Below, piece by piece: positions 18,294-26,920 of a DNA stretch of 64,000 nt. The notes beneath the pieces are model-generated. The model was not told the DNA's origin. It did not search any database and saw only the letters and a list, made by a program, of their open reading frames with translations. The stretch's first letter is position 1. Each line of letters begins with the position of its first letter. A program made the position numbers and the translations under genes. Source of the stretch: Acutalibacteraceae bacterium (GTDB lineage: Bacteria > Bacillota > Clostridia > Oscillospirales > Acutalibacteraceae); assembly GCA_045538935.1 (NCBI GenBank), contig JAZQEI010000004.1, positions 4,479 through 68,478 of the forward strand, read 5' to 3'.

Positions 18294-19628
18294 ATGGAAA
18301 AATTAGCATTACTCGGCGGTACACCCGTCATAGATGATAGTTTAACAAAAGAAAAATACGATCATCTATTTAAATGGCCAATTATGGGTAAAGAAGAAGA
18401 GGAAGTTGCCTTAGATGTTGTTAGAAACAACAGATTTTCTGCTACCGACATTACCGAAAAGTTCCAAGAAGAATATGCCGCTTGGATCGGCTCTAAGTAT
18501 GCTATAGCATATTGCAACGGCACAGCATCTCTTTCGGCCGCAATGTTTGCAATAGGTCTTTCTCAGGGTGATGAAATTATCTGTCCTACAAAAACCTATT
18601 GGGGCAGCGTTTCGCAGGCAATAAACTTCGGCGCATCGGCAGTTTTCTGTAACATCAACGAAAATCTTTCCTTAGACCCTACCGACCTTGAACGTTGCAT
18701 CACACCCAAAACCAAGGCAATAATGGTTGTTCACTATCTTGCATACCCTGCCGATATGGATGCCATAATGGCCATTGCTAAAAAGCACAATTTAAAGGTT
18801 ATAGAAGACGTTTCTCACGCTCAGGGCGGTATGTATAAGGGCAAGCGTCTGGGTACCTTTGGTGACGTTGGCGCAATGAGTCTTATGAGCGGTAAGTCTT
18901 TTGCTGCAGGTGAGCTTGGTATTTTAGTTACCGATGATCGCCATGTTTACGAGCGTGCAATGGCGTTTGGTCATTACGAGCGTAACAACGAAAATTACAT
19001 AAAGGAAAGCGATGAGCTTAAAGGCTATTATCATATAGCACTTGGCGGCATTAAGGGCAGAGCAAATCAGCTTTGCTCGGGTATAGCCAGAGTTCAGCTT
19101 AAATATTACGATCAGCGTTGTGCAGAGATTAGAAAGGCTATGAACTACTTCTGGGATTTAGTAGAAGATCTTCCCGGTATTCGTCCTATACGAGTTGATG
19201 AATCTACAGGCTCTAATATGGCAGGCTTTTATTCTCCACACGGAATTTACAAGTCCGAGGAGCTTCATGGTTTGTCGGTTAAAAAGTTCTGCGAGGCATT
19301 AAGAGCCGAGGGTTATAAACTAAGCTGGGAAGGTGCAAACTTCTGCTTGCATACACATAAGTTCTTTAAAACCTTTGACCTTACCGGTAGCGGCAAGCCC
19401 ACAAGAATCGCTTATAATGACCGCGATGTAAGAGAAGATGACGACAAGTGCAAACCGAGTGAAAGCATTTCTTGCTTCTCTGTACCTTGGTTTATACATT
19501 ACGATAAAGAATGGATCGAAAAATATGCGTCTATCTTCCGTAAGGTTATACTAAATCACGAGCAACTATTAGAGTTCGATACCGACAAATCTCAAGGCGG
19601 TAGATGGTATGGCACAACAAACGTCTAA
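18294..19628 (+). CDS. DegT/DnrJ/EryC1/StrS-family PLP aminotransferase 2
   Basis: ATG 18294 lies 8 nt after AAGGA. YCNGTASLSAAM, VIEDVSHAQG and MSLMSGKSFAAGELGIL. The track start at 18270 was rejected. Confidence 0.8.
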   Translation: MEKLALLGGTPVIDDSLTKEKYDHLFKWPIMGKEEEEVALDVVRNNRFSATDITEKFQEEYAAWIGSKYAIAYCNGTASLSAAMFAIGLSQGDEIICPTKTYWGSVSQAINFGASAVFCNINENLSLDPTDLERCITPKTKAIMVVHYLAYPADMDAIMAIAKKHNLKVIEDVSHAQGGMYKGKRLGTFGDVGAMSLMSGKSFAAGELGILVTDDRHVYERAMAFGHYERNNENYIKESDELKGYYHIALGGIKGRANQLCSGIARVQLKYYDQRCAEIRKAMNYFWDLVEDLPGIRPIRVDESTGSNMAGFYSPHGIYKSEELHGLSVKKFCEALRAEGYKLSWEGANFCLHTHKFFKTFDLTGSGKPTRIAYNDRDVREDDDKCKPSESISCFSVPWFIHYDKEWIEKYASIFRKVILNHEQLLEFDTDKSQGGRWYGTTNV

Positions 19629-19650
19629 TGTTAAATTTTAAGGAGTTAAT

Positions 19651-20649
19651 ATGGCTAATAAACTAAATTTTGGTATTTTAGGCTGTGGAATGATAGCTAA
19701 TTTCCACGCTAAAGCAATACAGTCGTTAGATAATGCTGTTCTTTACGGCGTTGCTGATAACGATTTTAACAGAGCCCAAGGTTTTGCCGAAAACTATTCT
19801 ATTAAGGCATATAAAACTTATGAAGATATGCTTTCTGACAGTGAGATAGATGCTGTTTGCGTTTGTACTCCAAGCTTTTTCCATGCCGAGAATGCAATAG
19901 ATGCATTAAGGGCTAATAAGCATGTAGTGCTAGAAAAACCAATGGCTATAACTGTAGAAGATGCCGAGCGCATAATAGCAGAGTGCAAAACAAGCGGCAA
20001 ACTTTTAACCGTTATTTGCCAGCTTCGCTTCTCAAGCGATATGCAAAAATTAAAGCAGTTAATAGCCGAAGATGCTTTTGGTAAAATTGCTTTTTGCGAC
20101 CTTTATATGAAGTACTGGCGTGACCCATCTTATTATGCAAACGGCGGTTGGAAGGGCACTAAGAAGTTTGATGGCGGCGGCGCTTTAATGAATCAAGGTA
20201 TTCACGGCGTAGATGCTTTGTTGTATCTTGCTGGCGATGCTAAACTTTTAAAAGCCAAAACAAAAACACATCTTCATAATATTGAGGTTGAAGATTTAGC
20301 GGTTGCTATGTTAGAGTTTGAAAACGGCGCGTTAGGTGTTATAGAGGCATCTACCTGCGTAAACCCTGGTTTTGACCGTAAAATAGAAATTTTAGGCTCA
20401 AACGGTTGCGCAATATTAAAAGAAGATAAATTTGAAAAGCTTGTAGTAAGAGGCGAAACTATTATAGAAAACGGTAGTCAGAATGCTGTCGGTACGGCGT
20501 CAGACCCGTCGGCTATGAGCCACAAGCTACACGCTATGCAAATAAACAACCTAATAAATGCAGCTATGGGTAAGGAAGCTTTACTTATTGACTGCAATGA
20601 GGGACTAAGAGCAGTTAAGCTTATTGAAGAAATTTATAAGGAGATATAA
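19651..20649 (+). CDS. Gfo/Idh/MocA-family oxidoreductase 1
   Basis: N-terminal Rossmann FGILGCGMIANFHA, the EKP motif (VVLEKPMA) and a C-terminal GFO_IDH_MocA_C-like region. Confidence 0.8.
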   Translation: MANKLNFGILGCGMIANFHAKAIQSLDNAVLYGVADNDFNRAQGFAENYSIKAYKTYEDMLSDSEIDAVCVCTPSFFHAENAIDALRANKHVVLEKPMAITVEDAERIIAECKTSGKLLTVICQLRFSSDMQKLKQLIAEDAFGKIAFCDLYMKYWRDPSYYANGGWKGTKKFDGGGALMNQGIHGVDALLYLAGDAKLLKAKTKTHLHNIEVEDLAVAMLEFENGALGVIEASTCVNPGFDRKIEILGSNGCAILKEDKFEKLVVRGETIIENGSQNAVGTASDPSAMSHKLHAMQINNLINAAMGKEALLIDCNEGLRAVKLIEEIYKEI

Positions 20650-20653
20650 TAAA

Positions 20654-21538
20654 ATGAAACAGTTTAGAGTAGGTATTGTTGGTACTGAAAATAGCCATGC
20701 ACACGGCTTTACAACCGCCTTTAATAAGGCAGACGAAAATGGTAATTTTAAATATCCCGACTGTCGTATTACACTTGTTTACGGTCACTACCCCGAGGAA
20801 AACGAGCGCTTAGTTAAGGAATTCGGTGCTGACAAGGTGGCAGAAAACCTAGAAGAAATGGTAGCTAATGTTGATGCAGTTATCGTTTGTGCAAGAGACG
20901 GTAAATTCCATTACGAATTTGCAAAACCGTTTATTGAAGCAGGCATACCTGCATTTATCGATAAGCCTTTTACTACCGACCCCGAAGAAGCGGTTGCTCT
21001 TATAAATCTTGCAAAAGAAAATAACGTTCCTCTTTGCGGTGGCTCTATGCTTAAATTTGCCGACAATATTATGGAGGCAAAGGCAGCACGTTTAAATGGC
21101 GAGAGAGAAACATTGGGCGGCTCGGTTTGCGCTCCTGTTATATTAAACAGTGAGTACAGCGGATTTTTCTTTTATGCATCACACCTTGCAGAAATGACAT
21201 TAGAGTCGTTTGGTTATAATCCCATAAGCGTTACCGCAAAATTAAGCAAGGGTGGAGTATGCGCTACTGTAAATTATGAAAACTTTAGCGTATCTAACCA
21301 CTTTACTGAAAACGGTTGGAATTATGCCATCAGCACATATACCACTAAAGAAATTGTTGCAGCTCCTATGACATTAGACAATGCAGGCGCCAGAGAAATT
21401 GATGAATTTGTACAGATGCTTCGCACAGGTAAAATGGGCAACACCTACGAAGAGTTAGCGTTCCCCGTATTTTATCTTAATGCCATAAAGAAGGCATACG
21501 AAACAGGCGAAGAAGTAAAAATTGAAGCTAAATTTTAA
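20654..21538 (+). CDS. Gfo/Idh/MocA-like oxidoreductase 2 (divergent)
   Basis: ATG 20654. VGIVGTENSHAHGF and AFIDKPF (a DKP variant of the EKP motif). The nucleotide-binding loop is atypical. Confidence 0.6.
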   Translation: MKQFRVGIVGTENSHAHGFTTAFNKADENGNFKYPDCRITLVYGHYPEENERLVKEFGADKVAENLEEMVANVDAVIVCARDGKFHYEFAKPFIEAGIPAFIDKPFTTDPEEAVALINLAKENNVPLCGGSMLKFADNIMEAKAARLNGERETLGGSVCAPVILNSEYSGFFFYASHLAEMTLESFGYNPISVTAKLSKGGVCATVNYENFSVSNHFTENGWNYAISTYTTKEIVAAPMTLDNAGAREIDEFVQMLRTGKMGNTYEELAFPVFYLNAIKKAYETGEEVKIEAKF

Positions 21539-21547
21539 GGAGATTTT

Positions 21548-22309
21548 ATGAAGACATTAACTAAAGACAAGTTAGTTGTTAATATTTACGATACAAGATC
21601 CGAAATGGGTGCCGCCGCAGGTACTAAGGCTGCTGAGCTTATAAAGAAATACCTTTTGGCGAAGGAAGAGGTAAATGTAATATTTGCCGCCGCACCTTCT
21701 CAAAACGAAACACTAGATACTCTTGTAAAGGCTGAGGGTATTGACTGGAGCAGAGTAAATGCGTTCCATATGGACGAATATATAGGCCTTAGCAAAGATG
21801 CTCCACAAGGCTTCGGCAACTTTTTAAGGGAGCATATATTTAAATTTTTACCCTTTAAGAGTGTAAATTATATCGACTGCGAGGCAAAGGATATCGATGC
21901 CGAGTGCGCACGTTATTCTGCACTTTTAAAGGCAAATCCTGTGGATATAGTTTTACTCGGCATTGGTGAAAACGGTCACATTGCCTTTAACGACCCCCAT
22001 GTTGCCGACTTTAATGATAATGCTATGGTAAAGGCCGTAAAATTAGATGATGTATGCCGTCAACAACAGGTTAACGACGGCTGCTTTAAGACTTTAAGCG
22101 ATGTTCCCGAGTATGCTTTAACCCTAACAATTCCTACATTAGTAAGTGCCAAGCATATGGTATGTACAGTACCTGCAGCTACAAAGGCTTGGGCTGTAGC
22201 AGCTACCGTAAATGAGGAAATTTCTGAAAAGGTTCCGGCAACCATTATGCGCAAGCACGAAAGCGCTATTATGTATTGCGATAAAGACAGTGGGAGAGAT
22301 TTACTGTGA
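21548..22309 (+). CDS. nagB: glucosamine-6-phosphate deaminase/isomerase family protein (NagB-like)
   Basis: FHMDEYIGL and LLGIGENGHIAFNDP are the NagB/6-phosphogluconolactonase-fold signatures. The IFAAAPSQ loop differs from canonical NagB, so the substrate may differ. Confidence 0.7.
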   Translation: MKTLTKDKLVVNIYDTRSEMGAAAGTKAAELIKKYLLAKEEVNVIFAAAPSQNETLDTLVKAEGIDWSRVNAFHMDEYIGLSKDAPQGFGNFLREHIFKFLPFKSVNYIDCEAKDIDAECARYSALLKANPVDIVLLGIGENGHIAFNDPHVADFNDNAMVKAVKLDDVCRQQQVNDGCFKTLSDVPEYALTLTIPTLVSAKHMVCTVPAATKAWAVAATVNEEISEKVPATIMRKHESAIMYCDKDSGRDLL

Positions 22310-23463
22310 TACTTAAAATTACAGGCGGACGTCTTATTACAAACGACGGTATCATAGAGGGTAAAGACATTTACACCGAAAACGGCATTATAACCCATAT
22401 TACCGCAGAACAACTTCCGTATGATGAGGTTATTAACGCCAACGGTAATTTTGTGTCGCCCGGTTTTATAGATTTACACGTTCACGGTGCGGTAGACTGT
22501 GATTTTTCTGATCAGAGCGAAACATCTGTAATAAATGCCGTAAATTATCATTTAAAGCACGGTACAACTACTATTTATCCTACCATTACCTCTGTTCCGG
22601 TTAGTGTTATGGATAATAGCTTAAAGGCAATAAAATCCGTAATGCAAAGCGGTAATACACCTTGCAATATTGCTGGCGCACATCTAGAGGGGCCGTACTT
22701 TTCTCCTATGCAGTGCGGTGCGCAGAATCCCGAAATTATAACACCTCCAAAAAAGCAAGATTATGAGCTTCTTTTAAACAAGTACGACGGTGTTATAAAA
22801 CGTTGGAGCTTTGCGCCTGAGCTAGATGGCACCGATGATTTTATGGATGCTTTAAATGAGGCTGGGGTAGTATCGTCTGTTGGACATACCGATGCACTTT
22901 ACTCAGATGTACAAAGGGTATATAATAAGGGCTGTAAACTTATAACCCACTTTTATTCTTGCACCTCTACAATAACTCGCGATAAAGGTTTTAGACGTCT
23001 TGGCGTTGTAGAGAGCGGATATTTGTTTGATGATATATCGGTAGAGGTAATTGCCGACGGATGTCATATTCCAAAGGAGCTCTTTGGCCTTATATATAAG
23101 ATTAAGGGCGATGATAACATCTGTCTTGTTACCGATGCTATACAACTTGCGGGTAGCAAGTGCGAGGTAGGCAGTGTTGGCGGTGTGCCTTGTAAGGTTA
23201 AAGACGGTGTCGCAAGGCTTATGGATGAAAGCGCCTTTGCAGGTAGCATTGCTACTACTGATAGATTAGTGCGCTTTTGTGTAAACGATGTAAAGCTACC
23301 AATACATAAGGCGGTTAAAATGATAACCAGTAACCCTGCACGTGTAATGGGCCTTAAAAACAAAGGTCAGTTACAGGTTGGGCACGATGCCGACATAGTT
23401 ATTTTTGATAACGATATAAATATTAAAAATGTAATCGTAATGGGAAAAGAAGTGAACATATAA
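22306..23463 (+). CDS. nagA: N-acetylglucosamine-6-phosphate deacetylase family amidohydrolase
   Basis: GTG start overlaps the upstream stop. GFIDLHVHG, GAHLEGPYF, VGHTDA, EVIADGCHIP and LVTDA follow the NagA motif order. Confidence 0.75.
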   Translation: MILKITGGRLITNDGIIEGKDIYTENGIITHITAEQLPYDEVINANGNFVSPGFIDLHVHGAVDCDFSDQSETSVINAVNYHLKHGTTTIYPTITSVPVSVMDNSLKAIKSVMQSGNTPCNIAGAHLEGPYFSPMQCGAQNPEIITPPKKQDYELLLNKYDGVIKRWSFAPELDGTDDFMDALNEAGVVSSVGHTDALYSDVQRVYNKGCKLITHFYSCTSTITRDKGFRRLGVVESGYLFDDISVEVIADGCHIPKELFGLIYKIKGDDNICLVTDAIQLAGSKCEVGSVGGVPCKVKDGVARLMDESAFAGSIATTDRLVRFCVNDVKLPIHKAVKMITSNPARVMGLKNKGQLQVGHDADIVIFDNDINIKNVIVMGKEVNI

Positions 23464-24440
23464 TGAATATAGCATTTGCAGGTTTAAAGCACTCGCATAT
23501 TTTTGTTTTGTATAATTTAGCACAGCAAAATAATAAGTTTAATGTTGTGGGTGCATTTGAAGATGGTGCTGAATATGTGCAGTTAGCCAATAAAAACGGA
23601 GTAGAGTGTAACTACAAAACCTTTGACGAGTTATTAAATGACAAAAATGTTGATGTAGTAGCTTTAGGCGGCTATTTTGGCGAGCGCGGACAAATGGCAA
23701 TAAAGGCATTAAAGGCAGGTAAGCACGTAATAGCCGACAAGCCTCTTTGTACATCTTTAAAAGAGCTTAAACAAATTGAAAAATTGGCACAAAAAAGCGG
23801 CAAAAAGGTAAGCTGTATGTTTACCATGCGCTTTGACGAGCCTAAAGTGTTAGCTGCCAAAAAACTTTATGAGAGCGGCGCATTAGGTCAGATTAATAAC
23901 GTGATTTTCTCAGGCCATCATCCTTTGCAGTATGGCAGACGACCAATGTGGTATTTTGAAAAGGGTAAACATGGCGGTGTTATTAACGATATTGCTATTC
24001 ACGCTATAGATATTTTATCTTTTGCATTTGGTTTAGAGATTGAAACCCTAAATGCTGCAAGGTGTTGGAACGCATACGCGAGCGAGCAAAAGTGCTTTAA
24101 AGATAGCGGCCAAATTATGCTTACGGCTTCTAACGGAGCAGGTATAATGGGTGATGTTTCTTATGCCATACCCGATGGTGTAGAGTTTAAATATCCTAAT
24201 TACTGGCGTTTCCAAATTTTTGGAACAAAGGGCGTTTTAGATTTCTCTTTAGGCGGTTCAGATGCAGTATATTACCTTAAAGATGACCCCACACCGCACA
24301 AGCTAGAAGAGTGTGACACCAATAATTATCTTGATGATTTTTATAATCTTGTAAACGGTGAAGAAAATGTTGTTTTAACTCCAGAAGAGGTATTTGCCGC
24401 AACAAAAACCACTTTAGAAATTCAGCGTTTAAGCAAATAA
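23463..24440 (+). CDS. Gfo/Idh/MocA-family oxidoreductase 3
   Basis: ATG overlaps the upstream TAA (TAATG). HVIADKPL (EKP-type motif) and the overall Gfo/Idh/MocA layout. Confidence 0.7.
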   Translation: MNIAFAGLKHSHIFVLYNLAQQNNKFNVVGAFEDGAEYVQLANKNGVECNYKTFDELLNDKNVDVVALGGYFGERGQMAIKALKAGKHVIADKPLCTSLKELKQIEKLAQKSGKKVSCMFTMRFDEPKVLAAKKLYESGALGQINNVIFSGHHPLQYGRRPMWYFEKGKHGGVINDIAIHAIDILSFAFGLEIETLNAARCWNAYASEQKCFKDSGQIMLTASNGAGIMGDVSYAIPDGVEFKYPNYWRFQIFGTKGVLDFSLGGSDAVYYLKDDPTPHKLEECDTNNYLDDFYNLVNGEENVVLTPEEVFAATKTTLEIQRLSK

Positions 24441-24450
24441 TTATAATAAA

Positions 24451-24477
24451 AACAACCACTTTTGTGGTTGTTTTTTT
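24451..24477 (+). terminator. rho-independent terminator
   Basis: AACAACCAC tttt GTGGTTGTT followed by a T-run. Confidence 0.8.
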
Positions 24478-24525
24478 ATTTTTAATATTGTAAAATGGAA
24501 AAAAGAAAAATTAAGGGGTGTTTAT

Positions 24526-26223
24526 ATGTTGCATTTAATACCTAAGGTAAAAACTCTAAAAATATTTGATGGTTTTTTATCAAAAAATACCGTTTGCATT
24601 AATACTGATTTTGAGGATGAGCGTCTTTTTATTGCTGCAAAAAATTTGCCTCAAAATGTTGACGGCATAAAATTAGAATTTAATATTCAAAGTAATGATA
24701 GTGAAATTTATGAAATCGAAATAAAGCAAGATTTAATTTCGGTTAATGCAAATTCTATAGTCGCTGCATTTTATGCTATTCAAACACTTCGACAAATTTT
24801 TACGCATAAAAATATTCCTTGCCTTTATATAAAAGACTGGCCCGATTTAAAGTATCGCGGCTTTTATCACGATGCGACAAGGGGTAGAATTTTAACCGTA
24901 GACGCCGCCAAAAAGCTAATAGATACAATGGCTTATTATAAGCTTAATTCCTTGCAGCTTTACGTAGAGCATACCTATGAGTTTAAAGAGCTCAAAGAGC
25001 TTAATAAAACTACAGGTTGTTTAACGAGCGAAGAATTGCACCAAATAGATTTATATGCAAAGCAAAACTTTATTGATTTTATTCCGTCGCTCTCAACCTT
25101 TGGACATATGTATGAAATTTTAGAGCAAGAACCCTTTAAAAATTTAAGGGTTTTAAAAGAAAACTTTAAAAATTATCTGTTTGCCCGTATGATGCATCAT
25201 ACAATAAACCCAGAAGAAAAAGAGAGCATTGAGCTTGTTAAAAGTTTAATAGATCAGTACGTGCCTTGCTTTTCTTCGGAATACTTTAACATTTGCTGTG
25301 ACGAAACCTTTGACCTCAAAAATTACAAGGGTCAAAGCGATTCTAAAACGCTTTATATAGAGTTTGTAAAGCAAATTATTGCTCACGTAAAAGCAAAAGG
25401 CAAAAAGGTTATGATGTGGGCCGATATTTTGCTTGAATACCCCGAGCTTATTGAGCAAATAGATGATGACATTTATTTTTTAAACTGGGAGTACGAGCCT
25501 GAGCCTAACGAGCAAAAAATTATAAAATTTAAAAATTTAGGACGCACTCAAATTGTTTGCCCTGGCACTTGGTCTTGGTACCGTTTCTGTGAAAGGGTAG
25601 AGTGGGAAGAGCAAAACATTGCTAATATGGCAAATTATGCTTATGAACACGGTGCTTTTGGTATGCTTAATACCAACTGGGGCGATTTTGGTCACCCGGC
25701 CCCTATAGAGCTTGCTCTTTACGGTATGGTTCTCGGCGCCGCAAAATCTTGGGAGCATAAAACAAACCTTGACGATGATTATTTTGCCGATGTTGATTAT
25801 CTGCTTTATAAGCAAGACGGTGCAGTAGCTATTTTAAAACAGCTCAGTCTTTACCATTCAAAACTCGAGTGGCGCGATTTTGTTGCAGTTAAGGTTGCTT
25901 TTGAATACGGTGACAAACCTGAAATTAAACTTTCAGAGCAAACCGTAAAAGAAATTCAGCGTGAGTATAAAGAAATAATGTTAAAAATAAACGCTGAGCC
26001 TCAAAACGAATTTTTATCGGCTTTTGGCTTAGCTGCCAAAGCAGTTTTGGTAATTGCAGAAATCACAGCTAAAATTGCAGGCTACAATATAGAGCGCATT
26101 ACCAACACAAAAGAGTTTTTAGGTGAGTATTCAAAACAGTGGATTTCACAGAGCAAAGAAAAAGAGTTGTTCTTAGTAACCGACGTTTTCGAAACTCTAG
26201 AGGCAAAATCAAAGGAGATATAA
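24526..26223 (+). CDS. GH20-family beta-N-acetylhexosaminidase, cytoplasmic (no signal peptide)
   Basis: RBS AAGGGG. WPDLKYRGFYHDATRG (GH20 TIM-barrel start) and YFNICCDE (catalytic D-E pair context). There is no N-terminal hydrophobic signal. Confidence 0.7.
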   Translation: MLHLIPKVKTLKIFDGFLSKNTVCINTDFEDERLFIAAKNLPQNVDGIKLEFNIQSNDSEIYEIEIKQDLISVNANSIVAAFYAIQTLRQIFTHKNIPCLYIKDWPDLKYRGFYHDATRGRILTVDAAKKLIDTMAYYKLNSLQLYVEHTYEFKELKELNKTTGCLTSEELHQIDLYAKQNFIDFIPSLSTFGHMYEILEQEPFKNLRVLKENFKNYLFARMMHHTINPEEKESIELVKSLIDQYVPCFSSEYFNICCDETFDLKNYKGQSDSKTLYIEFVKQIIAHVKAKGKKVMMWADILLEYPELIEQIDDDIYFLNWEYEPEPNEQKIIKFKNLGRTQIVCPGTWSWYRFCERVEWEEQNIANMANYAYEHGAFGMLNTNWGDFGHPAPIELALYGMVLGAAKSWEHKTNLDDDYFADVDYLLYKQDGAVAILKQLSLYHSKLEWRDFVAVKVAFEYGDKPEIKLSEQTVKEIQREYKEIMLKINAEPQNEFLSAFGLAAKAVLVIAEITAKIAGYNIERITNTKEFLGEYSKQWISQSKEKELFLVTDVFETLEAKSKEI

Positions 26224-26862
26224 ATGTTCAGCGTAATTTTCGATATGGACGGAACTCTTTTAGACACCCAGCGCATTTTTATTGATGCTTGGAACTGTGC
26301 AGGTGATATGCAGGGAATAAAAAATCTGGGCGCACATATTCCAAACGTTTGCGGAATGGGTGAGCCTGCCTGGACTGCATATTTGGTAGAAAATTTTAAA
26401 AGTCTTGATATTTTAAAGTTTAAAACCGATGCTCACGCTTATATTGTAGACCATTTGGAAGTGAAATTCAAAAAAGGCGCAAAAGAGTTGCTTGAGTTTT
26501 TAAAACAAAACGGTATAAAAACGGCCATTGCCTCGGGCTCGGCAACGCCGGTTGTTAAGCATCACTTAGGGGTTGTGGGAGCTAATGATTACTTTTTATC
26601 CGTTCTTGGCGGAGAGACCGTTACAAACGGTAAGCCCGCACCCGATATTTTTCTTTTGGCTGCTGAGAAAATAGGCGCTAATCCTAAAGACTGCTTTGTA
26701 ATAGAAGATTCTGAAAACGGAATTGTGGCAGGGTACAGGGCAGGAATGAACTGTATAGGTGTTCCTGATATTGTGCAGTTTAAAGATGAAATAAAAGACA
26801 AATGCTATGCATATGTAGACTCGCTTTTAGATGTAATAGATATTTTTAAAAATTTAATTTAA
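26224..26862 (+). CDS. HAD-IA family hydrolase (beta-phosphoglucomutase/phosphatase-like)
   Basis: VIFDMDGTLLDT, ASGS, GKPAPDIF and VIEDSENG motifs. Confidence 0.8.
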   Translation: MFSVIFDMDGTLLDTQRIFIDAWNCAGDMQGIKNLGAHIPNVCGMGEPAWTAYLVENFKSLDILKFKTDAHAYIVDHLEVKFKKGAKELLEFLKQNGIKTAIASGSATPVVKHHLGVVGANDYFLSVLGGETVTNGKPAPDIFLLAAEKIGANPKDCFVIEDSENGIVAGYRAGMNCIGVPDIVQFKDEIKDKCYAYVDSLLDVIDIFKNLI

Positions 26863-26871
26863 TAAAAAAAC

Positions 26872-26900
26872 AACCGCCAAGGCTTCATGCCTTGGCGGTT
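26872..26900. terminator. bidirectional terminator
   Basis: AACCGCCAAGGC ttcat GCCTTGGCGGTT, flanked by an A-run upstream and TTTTAATTT downstream. It lies between convergent genes. Confidence 0.8.
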
Positions 26901-26920
26901 TTAATTTAACATTATTTATT

